NCBI GenBank assembly: GCA_046563655.1
Contig: CM102289.1
Location: 2,914,001-2,978,000, forward strand
From: Yuukianura sp. NJ FZ-2021
Taxonomy: Eukaryota
DNA: 64,000 nucleotides
Reading direction: 5' to 3'
A program made the position numbers and the translations under genes. A model generated the notes under the pieces. It was not told the origin of the DNA. It worked only from the letters and a program-made list of their open reading frames with translations, and did not search any database. Of this stretch, positions 13,670 through 25,102 are shown one piece after another. Positions within the stretch are counted from its first letter, which is position 1. Each line of letters begins with the position of its first letter.

Positions 13670-14083
13670 TTTGGAGCTTGCTTAAACCTCTGGATTGTAG
13701 TGGAAATGCTGCCTTTGAGGGTGTAGTGAATTGGCAAGTTGAATTTATCTTAAATTAACACTACCCTAAAACCGTTGTTATTTTGAGAATTAACGTGTCA
13801 CGTCCTTGAGGCTACAACGCATGCTCATATGCCTTCCAAAAGGAAACCAAACAACCGCATCCCTTCCTATTTATTTGTGTTTCCTTGTGCTAAATTTGCT
13901 TCTTACATAATTGGAAAAAAAATGTTGAGTGAAATAGGCTAATCGAACACCTAATGTTAGAAACTCAAATGTTTGCTTTTGTTAGGAATTCAATAATTTA
14001 CTAAGCATTTTTCGTTTTATTGGCCTTTAAACGAACAAAAACTGACATGATTGTCTGTACGGCATTTCTTTTTAAATGAAATT

Positions 14084-17000
14084 TTAATTTCTGTTACTGT
14101 AGACATTTCCAGCAGGTTGTTTCATGTTCATCTCATCTAGAGAGCAACTTACTTTTTCGGTTTGTTCATTTGCAGTCGCAGTATTTGAACAATGATGCAA
14201 CTCAGCAAGCGATTCCTTAATATCGGCAAACGAAGGCCGTTGTGCTGGATTTTTGTGCCAGCAGAGGAACAGAATGTTGACATAAATGGACTCTGGTAAT
14301 CTTTTTGGCCGAGACATTCTGAGTCCATTTTCCAATTCATCAACGAAATCCACAGTCCATGCCATGCCTATAGACACAAAAGCAGTAATTATGTCTTGGA
14401 TTGTGGGAAATTTACGTAGGAAATTTGAAAATTTTACCGGGATAAGGAACTTCGCCAAGTGAAAATATCTCCCACAAAAGAACTCCGTAAGACCACACGT
14501 CAGACAGTGTGGAAAATGACAAGTAGCGTAGAGACTCAATTGCCATCCATCGCCAAGGGAGTGGCTCCTGGTGCTTCTTGACGTAGGATTCGTAGCCATA
14601 AAGTTGGCGCGAAAGTCCAAAATCAGTAATTTTTGCCTGCTTCGTTTCGGTTAGCAAAATGTTTCTCGCAGCCAAGTCACCATGAATGACCTACATTTTC
14701 GAAAACAGATTCAAAAATTTCCAAGCTTACAAAAAATCTAGAATAGAAAATTAACCTTTCGGCTTGCCAAGTATTCCATTCCATCGGCAATCTGAATTGC
14801 CCAAGTCATCAAGTCATTGTAACCGAACATTCCATTTTCCAAATTTTTATACTCCCTGCAATTACAATTTAATATCTTTTTAAACGTGAATGCAAAATTT
14901 AATTTTCATATTAAAGTTAGATGCCAATCAAATTACATATCTGCGGATTCCGCGTAGAGATGACGATTGCTTCTCAGAAATTTTTCCAAGTTTCCCAAAC
15001 CGCAGAACGGAACAAATATGTAAACAACTCCTGAAAAATAACATAAATGTTATAAAAATTTTGCATCAAACTGTTTTTTTTTATTTTTTTTTTTTAATTT
15101 TCAAGCAACTGTGTTACCAATGTCCAAGCTCTTTGTGCTTGCTCCAATGAGTTGAACAATGTTTTCATGCTGTCCTAAGTAAATCATAATTTTCAGCTCC
15201 GAAAGCAGAGCTTTCAAATAAGCTTTGTCTGAATTCTTCTTAGTCGTTTTCACCGCTACCGGTTTACCGTCAACAATTCCTTTGTACACGACACCGTAAG
15301 CGCCAGTACCCAAAATGTCGGTACTGTCTGTAAGACAAAATTTACATGTAATTGCGTTTTAAAATACATTTTTCTGAAAATTTAGCACAAAATTTTGTCT
15401 CTATATTCATAATTTTTGGAGTAGAAGAACATTTACCGATTTGATATTTGTTGTCACTCAATTCGTAACTTTGGTCATAGGGAGTAAGATGTGCAAACTC
15501 ATGTGCATAAGCGACAGAATTCCTTGCAATCTCTTTATCTCCCGCCAGAAAATCTTCTATTTCAGCTCGTGTTAGGCCAACCTGTTACAAAGGAAACAGT
15601 TTTCCGGTTGTGAAGAAACAGTTTTAATATTTTGAAGAATTAGCCTAAAAATTTTTGACTGGTGAAAACAAAAGTGAAATCAAAAGTACTTTTCAAATGC
15701 GATAATGCTTACTTGTTCCTTTCGAATAAATTTGACGTAAATCGCGGCTCCAATTAGAGTGATGAGGAACACTACAACTGGAACTCCTATGAGAATACCG
15801 TAGTTGTTCCCAGCTACTTCGTCTCCTTCAACGGTATAAGTGAACGTCTTTTCGTCAGTACCGTAAATGTTCTCAGCTTTACAGACGTATTCTCCACCGT
15901 GAGAACTTTCAACTTTTTGAATTTGATGCAACAGCGTTCCGTTGGCTGTGAGCGATGCAAACAGTTGACTCCCGGCTTTATACCAAGAAAGTTTTGGTAT
16001 CGGTTTCCCCGAAGCACTGCAAGTGATTCCTTGATTCAGAGCTCCAATTCGTAAAGTCAGATCTCGTGATTGGGAGTCAATTTTTGGCGGTTCACCAGCT
16101 GAGGTACAAAATTTCAAAAATTTGTTTAAGTTTCCATACGCAGGAAAAAGTTTAAAAACTGTGGGTTACATTTGACTTCGAGCGGTATAGAAATATGGCG
16201 CCAAAAGCTGGCGTAGTAGAACGTAGCAGAGCACTCGACTCCGACCAAGTCTTGGTGTATTTGTATTGTAAATTTGGAAGTATCTTCAAGCGGTCCCGTC
16301 CAGTTGTAGTCAACGCGTTCTGCGTGTAAAACAAAATTCCAAATTGTAATGTGTTTGAGAATTTTTACTTTTTGCAAAATTCGATGGTTGTAATTTCTAT
16401 ACCTTCAACTCGAGTTCCGTTTTGCCAAATCGTAGTCCATATTGCTGGTTTCACAACAATTGCAACAATCAATTTGCATTCAAACGTCCGTTTTGTTTCT
16501 GCGTACACTTCATTTTCAGATAAATCTCCCAAAAGTTTTAGTTGAAAATGAATTTGTATATCCGACGTTCTTCTGTCGAAGAATGGCCATTCTAAACACA
16601 AAGTCAAAGAATTTTTTTTTTTTGCAAATTTGTTTTAGTTACTCGTTTTTTACGTTTACAGATACTCACCAGTATCAAACACTCTTTCTGATACTTCCCC
16701 GACGAACGGAACGGCAAATTCCACAATTTGCAAATCGTTTCCAGATTTGCAGTAGGTGGCGCCACCGTAACGCGTATAAAACTTTTCGCCCAAGCTGACT
16801 TTGAAAGAAAGTTCACCGGAAGTTCTTTTTGAAATAGCCGTGTAACTTCGATTTGCAAATATCTTTAAAAGGTTTGAAAGAGGAAATATTTTTCTCAATG
16901 TTGAATTTACTAAAAACTTTTACAGATAATTCTGTAGAAGAAATAATATTACCGGGAAAACAAATTCGCGTTTAAGATTCATCATAGCGAAGTTTTCGGC

Positions 17001-18280
17001 TTCAATTGCAACCAGTTGTGTTGTAGCGTGAAGGTCGTGAACTTTACATGAAACTTGTATTTCGACGCCATCCGGAGTGTCTTTTAAGTAGTACCTGATG
17101 ATAGACCGAGCTTCAGTTGGGATCGTACCATTCAGGCCAAATCGGTATCCTGAAAATCCGACATTAAAAAAATTGTGGAAAACAAAAAATTGAACAATTT
17201 TTTAAGCTCATCAGTGAAGTATTTAGTCGTGGTGAAGAATTCTGGATTATGAAAAATCGGAATTTGGAATTTGCGTTTCAATTTCTCACCTGTTGCAGCA
17301 GAGTCTGCATTGAATTCCAGAGTTAATCGATCAGTTTGTTGATTTTCGTTCCAAATACAAGTGTAAACTCCATAGTAATTGCTGATTTCAGTTGTTTCTG
17401 TAACTGGAATCCGGAATCCACGAAAAGCGTCAATGGGTGGTGCAACGTCAAGGGACTTAACTGTTCCCTCGCTGCTGGTAAATTCTACGCTCACATTCCT
17501 TCCATAATGAGACAAAATGCAGGGCAACTGTATTGTGGAGTCACGCGAAGTGACCTTCGTTTTCATATTACGAAGAAACGACGGAATTCCAGAATCTGTT
17601 CACGCATCAGAGCACAGTGACTTGAATTTTTTTGAAATGAGTGAATTTAAAAAACAGTTATGTTTAATAATACCTTCGAGATACACAAAAATGCTCAGCT
17701 CCGTTTCATTTTTGTAAATTCCGCGAAAAACATAATTTCCAGATCTCGGATAGTCGTGTTTCACATGCGCTGGTTTAGCCTTTCCCTTGTTTGAATAATA
17801 TTTGTACAGTGCCTCAACACTGCGTACTTGCACGTCAACGCCAAACTCAGAAATCGATCCATTTGTAAATGGGGCAACATTCTTGTACCACTCTACTTTG
17901 ATGGCTTCAGTTGGCTAAATTAGACAAATAATTTTTGTTGTTAAAGTATATAACTCAAATATGGCCAAATATTTTGTTTCTACTTGTATTCCGTAGTATC
18001 GAAAGTCTAGTGCATCTGGTGACGAGCAAATTATGCGAATTGTGTTATACTCTCCAACAATTCTGACGACGTTGTTGGCCAAGCATGTTGCTTCGATGTT
18101 GACCCCTGTGACCTTGTACAATGCACAGGTAATAACACCTTCCGTAGGAGGTTTGATGCACGATCTGAGTTGATCTAATGCCTCAAATGGTTTCAAATCT
18201 CGATAGTAGAATTGGGCCTCTACACCAAGCAATGTCAATGCCACTGCACAATATATATACATCCATTGAAGAACGCTCAT
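14084..18280 (-). CDS. Ig-domain receptor tyrosine kinase (PDGFR/VEGFR-like), copy 2, tandem paralog
   Basis: ATG 18280 [22 protein letters not shown] signal peptide; same exon structure as copy 1; [35 protein letters not shown]. Confidence 0.92.
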
Positions 18281-19082
18281 TTTTAAAAAAAGAAATAAAC
18301 GTACACGGAAGCTGTCTATTTTGGAAGCAGTTAATGTTGACTAATTCACACTGATTCACAAAAATTAATGACAGCTTTTTCGACAAGCCTTTTACTGTGA
18401 CGTCTTTTGCATTTTAATTTAACATATTTAAAGGCATGCGCAAAGGTTTACTGCGGTACGCAAAAATAAAACAAGAAACCGCACAACCAATGACTTTAGT
18501 CACCTTATGTTGTTTTGGCTTCCTCAAATTTCATTTCAAGCGATGAGAAAGAGAACGGAAGTGGACTATCCTTTTTCCGAAAAGGAAGATGAGATTGATC
18601 GGTTTTAGCAAAAGTCTCTGGATCTTTTAGAAGAGAATTTAAAACTACAACTTTAGAACACCAAATCAACAGTTTCTTTAAATTTTAAAGTTTCTTTCAG
18701 AGGCAAAAAAAATCCTTTGCAGGTAGTAATTATATAGTGAATAATAAATCGTTTTTTTTAATTTGGATTCAATGTTGGCTTGATACTGATATAAAGAAAA
18801 TGCGGTGAAGGTTTCCTTTAATGCCATTTTTTAAACAGCTTGTGAACAGCATGTTTGTAAATACAGTTTATGTGCTACGTTTAACTTCTGCAATTGGATC
18901 ATCTGGACGCCAGTGAACCAGGTACAATCAAATGTGAGAGTTCAATTTTTAATTTCAACTTTCAATACAATTTTTGATGGATTTTTTTTTTTGAAATTAT
19001 AAGGAGGTTGTCAGATTTATTTCCAAACTAATTTTAAGTTCAAAAGCAAAGCTTCCACAGGAACATTCTTTTTGATGTCCTT

Positions 19083-19476
19083 TTACTTGCGAGTTCGATT
19101 TCGGTTATGGCAGTAGTTCCAGGCACTGCAGTAACGGTGTCGGTCGCAATCGCTGTCAGAGAAGCAGCGGTGCGAATCTCGCTTTCGAATGAGCATGCGC
19201 ACATCTCGGACGCCATCGAAATCATCATCGTCGTTGTCTCTCAGGTCAGACGCATCTTGTTCCTGATCTTGGTCTTCGTTGTCTTCATCTTGGCAGGCGG
19301 CCTACAATTGACAATTTATTATTAATTATTTACTACATTGTGTATTGAAACAATGTCAACAATAAAAATTAATGCTAAAATTTTACAATGGGGATTCACA
19401 ACAGTGAAAAATTAAATATTCAAAAACTTACGTAGGCCACGAGGCAAAGAATACCGAAAATAATAGCATACTTCAT
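19083..19476 (-). CDS. Small secreted Cys-rich prepropeptide, 87 aa (exons 19476-19432, 19301-19083)
   Basis: MKYAIIFGILCLVAY/AACQDEDNEDQDQEQDASDLRDNDDDDFDGVRDVRMLIRKRDSHRCFSDSDCDRHRYCSAWNYCHNRNRTRK*; GTAAGT donor, TAG acceptor, TATA-like TATATAAA ~90 bp upstream; missed by the ORF track. Confidence 0.8.
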
Positions 19477-20354
19477 TTTGCAGTTTTGAGGAGCTTGGCA
19501 GCGAATGTGTCGTCAGAAAAGTTTTCAAAAACTTGAACTTGATTAGCGATGTTTGCAAACAAGCCATTTATATATTTTGCTGAGCGGGAAATTTGAAAAA
19601 TTTATTTGTTTCCTTCAATTGAACTTAAAAGTGACCAACATTTCCAGGATACACTTATTGATTTTTTTCCTCAACTAACGGAAATATTCCTTCCGTTTCT
19701 TTTTCCTCAAGTGTCAAGATTCCAATTCAGAAAACCAAAAAGTAAAATAAAACACAAAGAAAGCACTGAAGAGTAAATCAAAACTTAAAAGAATACATGA
19801 AAATAACTTGCATCAGCAGATTTCAAAAGGAAGGATTCGGTTTTGGCTGTGAATTGGACCCGCAAAAAATGTAGACCTATGCATTACAACATCATGAAAG
19901 TTTAGCACAACTTCAAAAAGTAGAGAAAGCGCCAGCGTGCCAAACTTGCAGCGATCCGAAGCGAAGTGAAATCAAACTCAAGTACACATGCTAACAAAAC
20001 GACGAACAAATTTGCATACCTTCATCCCCTCCCGTGAGTGACGCTAATCTGCCATAATTGACCTTTGTAATTAAATTTCAGCAGAGGTCACATAAATAAG
20101 GACGTTTTCCTAAATGACTATGTCAAAACCAATAACTCTCCTTATCCACAAATATTATGCAAATAACTCGAAATAGTTAAGCTACTTAAACATTGCAAAA
20201 TTAGTGCCGTGCACGCAAAAATTTCTGAAAGACTACAACTCCTGTCGATATGCTATATTTGAAGGGAAATGTTTCATTTTAAGGAAATAGTGATGACAAA
20301 GCGGATGCTGACCTCCCCAAGTATTGCACAGCATCACCTACATAAGTTTCCGCT

Positions 20355-20535
20355 TCAACTTCAGCATGAACTGCATTCGTTTCTGTCTCAACTTCAGCAT
20401 CAACCGCATTTGTTTCTGTCTCAACTTCAGCATCAACCGCATTCGTTTCTGTGTCAACTTCAGCATGAACCGCATTCGTTTCTGTGTCAACTTCAGCATG
20501 AACCGCATTCGTTTCTGTGTCAACTTCAGCATCAA
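20355..20535 (-). repeat. 33-bp coding tandem repeat (~5.5 copies) encoding (D/H)AEV(D/E)TETNAV in the IR C-terminal tail
   Basis: Unit CAACTTCAGCAT(G/C)AACCGCATTCGTTTCTGTGT on + strand; in frame with the last IR exon on - strand. Confidence 0.85.
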
Positions 20536-22892
20536 CGACACCCGTTTGTGTTTGAACATCACTTTTTGCAGGACTTGGACCTTGTTTACGCTGTTAATAA
20601 ACAAGAAAACACATTGAGTATCCTAAGTTGTGGAAACGTAAGATCCACATGACAATGGCGCTCACTTCTTTAACAGCCAGTTTTAATTTTAGAACTTTGT
20701 TGGTAAGTACAGCATAGTTTGGGATGAGTACCGCTTCCACTAATGCAGAAATAGTTGCCAACAGACATCCAATTGGCAGCAGCAAAAAGATGATCAAAAT
20801 TCTCGAGCCCAAACTTAATCTTTTTGCCGCGTTCAGTTGTTCTGTCGTCTGTTTCCTTAGGGATGTAATCAGACGTAAATATGCGATTTGTGCATAAATT
20901 CCATAACGGCTGATCATAACTCCGGACTGCATGAGGCGATTAATGCTTGCGCCAAAGTCAAAGCCAGCCTTACCTTTCACAAGATAACCTACAAATTGCC
21001 CATGGGCCAAAATCGTCTTGTCTTCAAAGTAGTATGCCCTTACAGAAATTTTTTTTGAAAAAATCAGAGCGCGATACGCTTGAATGTTCTTCCTGAAAAC
21101 ATTAGCGAATGTGGAATCTGGCAGCAGGAGTCGCTTCTGACAATCCCGTAATCTCGACTTAAAATTCGAGCCACATGGTGGGATTTTAAGATTTTTCAGA
21201 AACTTGTAGTCTGCTCTTTCATTTTTGCCCTGAGCTTCCATTTTATTGAACAAATTGTTCATGTCGTCTGTCACATACAGAGGCAAGTTTCCCTCCAAAA
21301 CCCAGTGAGAGCCTTTAAGCCGTCTCATCCAGTAGTACTGTGCCCATGAGGTAATATACTCTCCGCAACTTTGTCCAACTTTTCCAAATCCAAAGTATGC
21401 ATTGTCTGCTTCGTTGATGAGCTTCTTTAACTGTTCAGGATGACCGCAACACTTCTTGTATAATGGAAATGTTGTAGATAATGTATCAAAGAAAGTGATG
21501 TTTTTGTCCATCGCTTCTTCAATCGACCTCAATTCGTTTCCTGGGAATGGCAAAGCAAGCGACGTTGTAACAATTCCTTTGTAGCAATTAGATATAACGA
21601 GAGCCATGAGGAGGAATGTTACGGTAAATGCTTGAAGGCCTTTCCCGCGCATGCCTGGAACATTCGCCAGAGGAAACCCGATTTCCAGAAGGGTGAGGTA
21701 CATAAAAACCGGAACCTGAAGCGCTACGGCGCGGTATTGTGAACATCCGGCAAAGAATAGGTAAGACACAACAATTGAAATGACAAGGCAAAGCCATGTG
21801 ATTCCAGTGAATGGTCGACTGTAGTCTTCTAGTCCAAATTGTAATCCGTCTCTGTAGCATGTGAGGCCATATGTAGACTGCCATGTGAGCGGGAAATGCC
21901 AGCCTTCTGCCCAAGCTTCTCCGGTGAATGAGAAATACGTATACCGTACATCTATTGTATCTAAAACAAATAGTTTCACTTAGTTGCTTAATTCGTGCTT
22001 TAGTTTTAAAATGAGCTTAAACAAATAAGAAAAGTATTTGTGGATATTGTAATAGTACGCAAATTTACCTATTCCTTCAACAGATTTATTTTGGTTGTAC
22101 GGTGCCGAAAGGAACTGTGTCAACGCTGGTATAGTGAAGTTCCCCAAAAACTTGACATTCCACATCTCCGCCTTTATCCTTATTGCCATTGTTTTCAAAA
22201 CTTTCTTTTGAAGAGCTTCAAAGTCAAGTTTGAGCGGCAATGCCACGACATTTAAAACCTCTTGGGTCAACATTTTGGATGCAAGAACTCCAATTGTAAT
22301 TTGGAATTTGCTGCTCATTGCTCTAGCACCACATTCCTTGTAGATTATTCTAACAAGCAGTCTGTTCTTAAACAAAGCATAGTCAGTCTTAAGTGTTAAG
22401 TATTTGAACGTACGCATGTATCCATCCGCTCGTTCGAAAATACATAAGTCAGTGACTACCAGCAGCCGAGTGCGTTGTAGCCAGTAGGTCGTTTGGAGTA
22501 CAGGTCTTCGTATCACAGTTTCTGGACGTCCGCTTTCCTCCCTCTTGTAAATCTCCGGGTTATACCAGTAGTCCGATAAGTACTTCAAAATATCCTGTTC
22601 CTCTCCGTGCAATTGAGAAAAAAGAGCGATGACTCCAATGCAGTCTACCGTTTTGGTTGTGTAGTGCGGATTGTCCACACCACAAAATGCTTGAGCTGTA
22701 GTTTCAGTAACATTACTTCGTCTTGTGACCTTTCGACACGAGCTGCCTTCGTCCCGCTTCGGTTGGGCCATTTTGCCAAGTTGGCCCAATGTTAAGGCAT
22801 AGGAACTGTAGACATCAGTCAATGCAGAGTACATGATCACATGATTGTAGCAACTGGCCAAACTCCCGCCCAAGAATAGATCCAAGTTCACA

Positions 22893-23126
22893 CACGGCTG
22901 AAGCTATGCTTCGGAGAGCATAGAGATTGCTTGAGACAGCTATCTGGTGGATTTTTTGTGTATAACTAGTTTCCCCTTCTCTGAGAAGAGAGGGAGGGAC
23001 TGCGCCCTTAACAAAACAGTGCCTCCCTCTCTTCTCAGAGAAGGGGAAACTAGTTAAACACAAAAAATCCACCAGATAGCTGTCTCAAGCAATCTCAATG
23101 CTCTCCGAAGCATAACTTCAGCCGTG
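22893..23126. mobile_element. 234-bp fold-back MITE with 8-bp TSD (hAT/P-like)
   Basis: ~110-bp inverted arms starting CACGGCTGAAG with ~4 mismatches and ~14-nt loop; perfect TSD AGTTCACA at 22885-22892 and 23127-23134. Confidence 0.95.
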
Positions 23127-23617
23127 AGTTCACATATTGGATTGTCGAAGAGTTGACAACTTTGACTCCAACGAAAATAAAAGCATAAATAGCAACTGAG
23201 CGAGTTTGGGATGCATGTTTAACTGTAAATTTAAAAGAAATGTTCGTTTGATTTAACAGCTTTAGTAATCAAAACAGCACCGATAAAATTTACGATGCTG
23301 ACTGCTCGCTACTGAGGTGATGGAATCGAATAAAACTGAAAGCGAAGCAGCGAAATGAAATCAACCGAGATAGTACGCAGTGGGGATGGAGGCATATAAT
23401 GACATGTCGAAGCACACTTGGCCTGAAGTTTATTATTTACAAAGCTCGTTGCTTACGAAACATAAACGTCGTATGTAAGTAGCGACATCAACACGAAGCT
23501 GTGTGACGGTGAGGTACTTACCGTCAAAGCAGTATGTTAAAAGTGACGGACGCGAAAGCCGTTAGTGTACAGTATTAGCAAAGGTCATTTTGTCGAGTTT
23601 TGTAAAAAAAAAAAAAA

Positions 23618-24606
23618 AGGTTTTTTGACCCGGAAGTATTCAGGTCTTACCGGAAACCGGTTACCCAACCTCAGACCATGAGAAATTCATCTATGAAGCC
23701 AGATATTGAAAACGAGTGAAGTGGTTCCACAGTAGGCTATCAGCAGGAACAAAAAGTAAAGTCTTCCCAAGTCTTACCCCATAAAAGTGTTCCAGTATAT
23801 GAAAGAAAATTACACTAAAATTTTCGGAATTTTTTTTCAACTCTAAAGGGTGCCGCAGACATGTTACAGATTAGCAATGGACGCCCTATTAGAATGTACG
23901 CATCTAAGCCCGTTTATTCTTATTTATTGTTATTCGCTGTAGAGTAGCTTTTTTCGTTTCAGTGAAAGAAACTGAAATAAATGAAATAAACTGAAAATTG
24001 AAAGAAACTACAGCTGTTTTGTTTCAGTCCATAAATTTAGGTTGGGAAAGCAAAACTTCGTTTCACCTTAAAGAAATGAAGAAAATTGAAATTAACTGAA
24101 ACTCAAATACCCACAACATACCCACAACATACCCACAACATACCCACAACATACCAACAACATACCCACAACATACCAACAACATACCCGCAACATACCA
24201 ACAACATACCCGCAACATACCAACAACATACCCACAACATACCAACAACATACCCGCAACATACCAACAACATACCCGCAACATACCCACAACATACCCG
24301 CAACATACCAACAACATACCCGCAACATACCAACAACATACCAACAACATACCCGCAACATACCAACAACATACCAACAACATACCCGCAACATACCCAC
24401 AACATACCCACAACATACCAACAACATACCCGCAACATACCCGCAACATACCCACAACATACCAACAACATACCCACAACATACCAACAACATACCCACA
24501 ACATACCAACAACATACCCGCAACATACCCATAGTGACCAGCAGACGGACAGACAGATTCGGGGAGAAACATAAAGCAGCGAACGACGGTAACTCCTGAA
24601 TAAGTA
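23618..24606 (-). mobile_element. Putative DINE-1/HINE-like non-autonomous Helentron carrying the 11-bp minisatellite
   Basis: Subterminal inverted repeats TATTCAGGTCTTACCG (23637-23652) / CGGTAACTCCTGAATA (24587-24602), 14/16 match; (CAGA)n-like microsatellite at ~24542-24558; central tandem array; abuts an A/T homopolymer. Confidence 0.5.
24105..24531. repeat. 11-bp minisatellite, ~38 copies (ACATACCCACA / ACATACCAACA / ACATACCCGCA)
   Basis: Directly visible head-to-tail array of three unit variants. Confidence 0.97.
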
Positions 24607-25102
24607 ATTCAAGCCTCCAAGTGAAAATATAAATGCTTATGTGTTGATTCTTTCGTGTGAAATGCAATCTAGACATCCAAAAGCCTTCGCCAAAAAATTC
24701 ATAAATTAATTCCGTCAAATCGACTTTTGATAAAAGTATTGAACAATGCATAATGAAAAGAAAAAGTTCTGAAGTTTGCAAAAGTCTCGTCGAAAAACTT
24801 CCAGAATTTTTTAGTTTTCTTGCTATGGAGTTGTCGTATTCGTGAGACGCTGAGACGGATAGCATTGAATTTTAGCAACGGCAGTGTTCGTGTTTGAGAG
24901 AAATCTTAAAGTTTTAAATTTCTCACCAAACTTAACTGATTCAGCTCTTTCCAAATCCTTTTCCCCTTTTAATGGAGTTCTTCGAAATCGTGTATATATA
25001 AATTTACATGTATTTACTTTTTATTTCGAATGTTGATAATTATTTTATTCTTATTTTGCGGGAGTTAATTTAAAACATAAATAGCCTTTATAAAAAATAT
25101 AT

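Larger units (their letters stand above)
20279..23216 (-). pseudogene. Divergent ionotropic receptor (IR/iGluR-like) gene, disrupted near 5' end by a MITE (and a probable 1-nt frameshift)
   Basis: IR-like motifs RPFTGITW (pre-M1), ISNCYKGIVTTSLALP (M2), RLMQSG and LSLGSRILIIF (M3); introns ~22069-21961 and ~20665-20591; 242-bp insertion splits QYVN/LDLF. Confidence 0.7.

Noticed and set aside
21961..22069. In-frame TAA at 21980-21982 between two abutting IR ORFs, suggesting stop read-through or a nonsense mutation
   Set aside because: The stop lies within a phase-compatible GTAAAT...TTTTAG intron
24063..24865. Long Cys/Val/Gly-rich and His/Thr/Gln-rich ORFs on both strands
   Set aside because: By-products of the stop-free 11-bp minisatellite; no splice or start context supporting a gene
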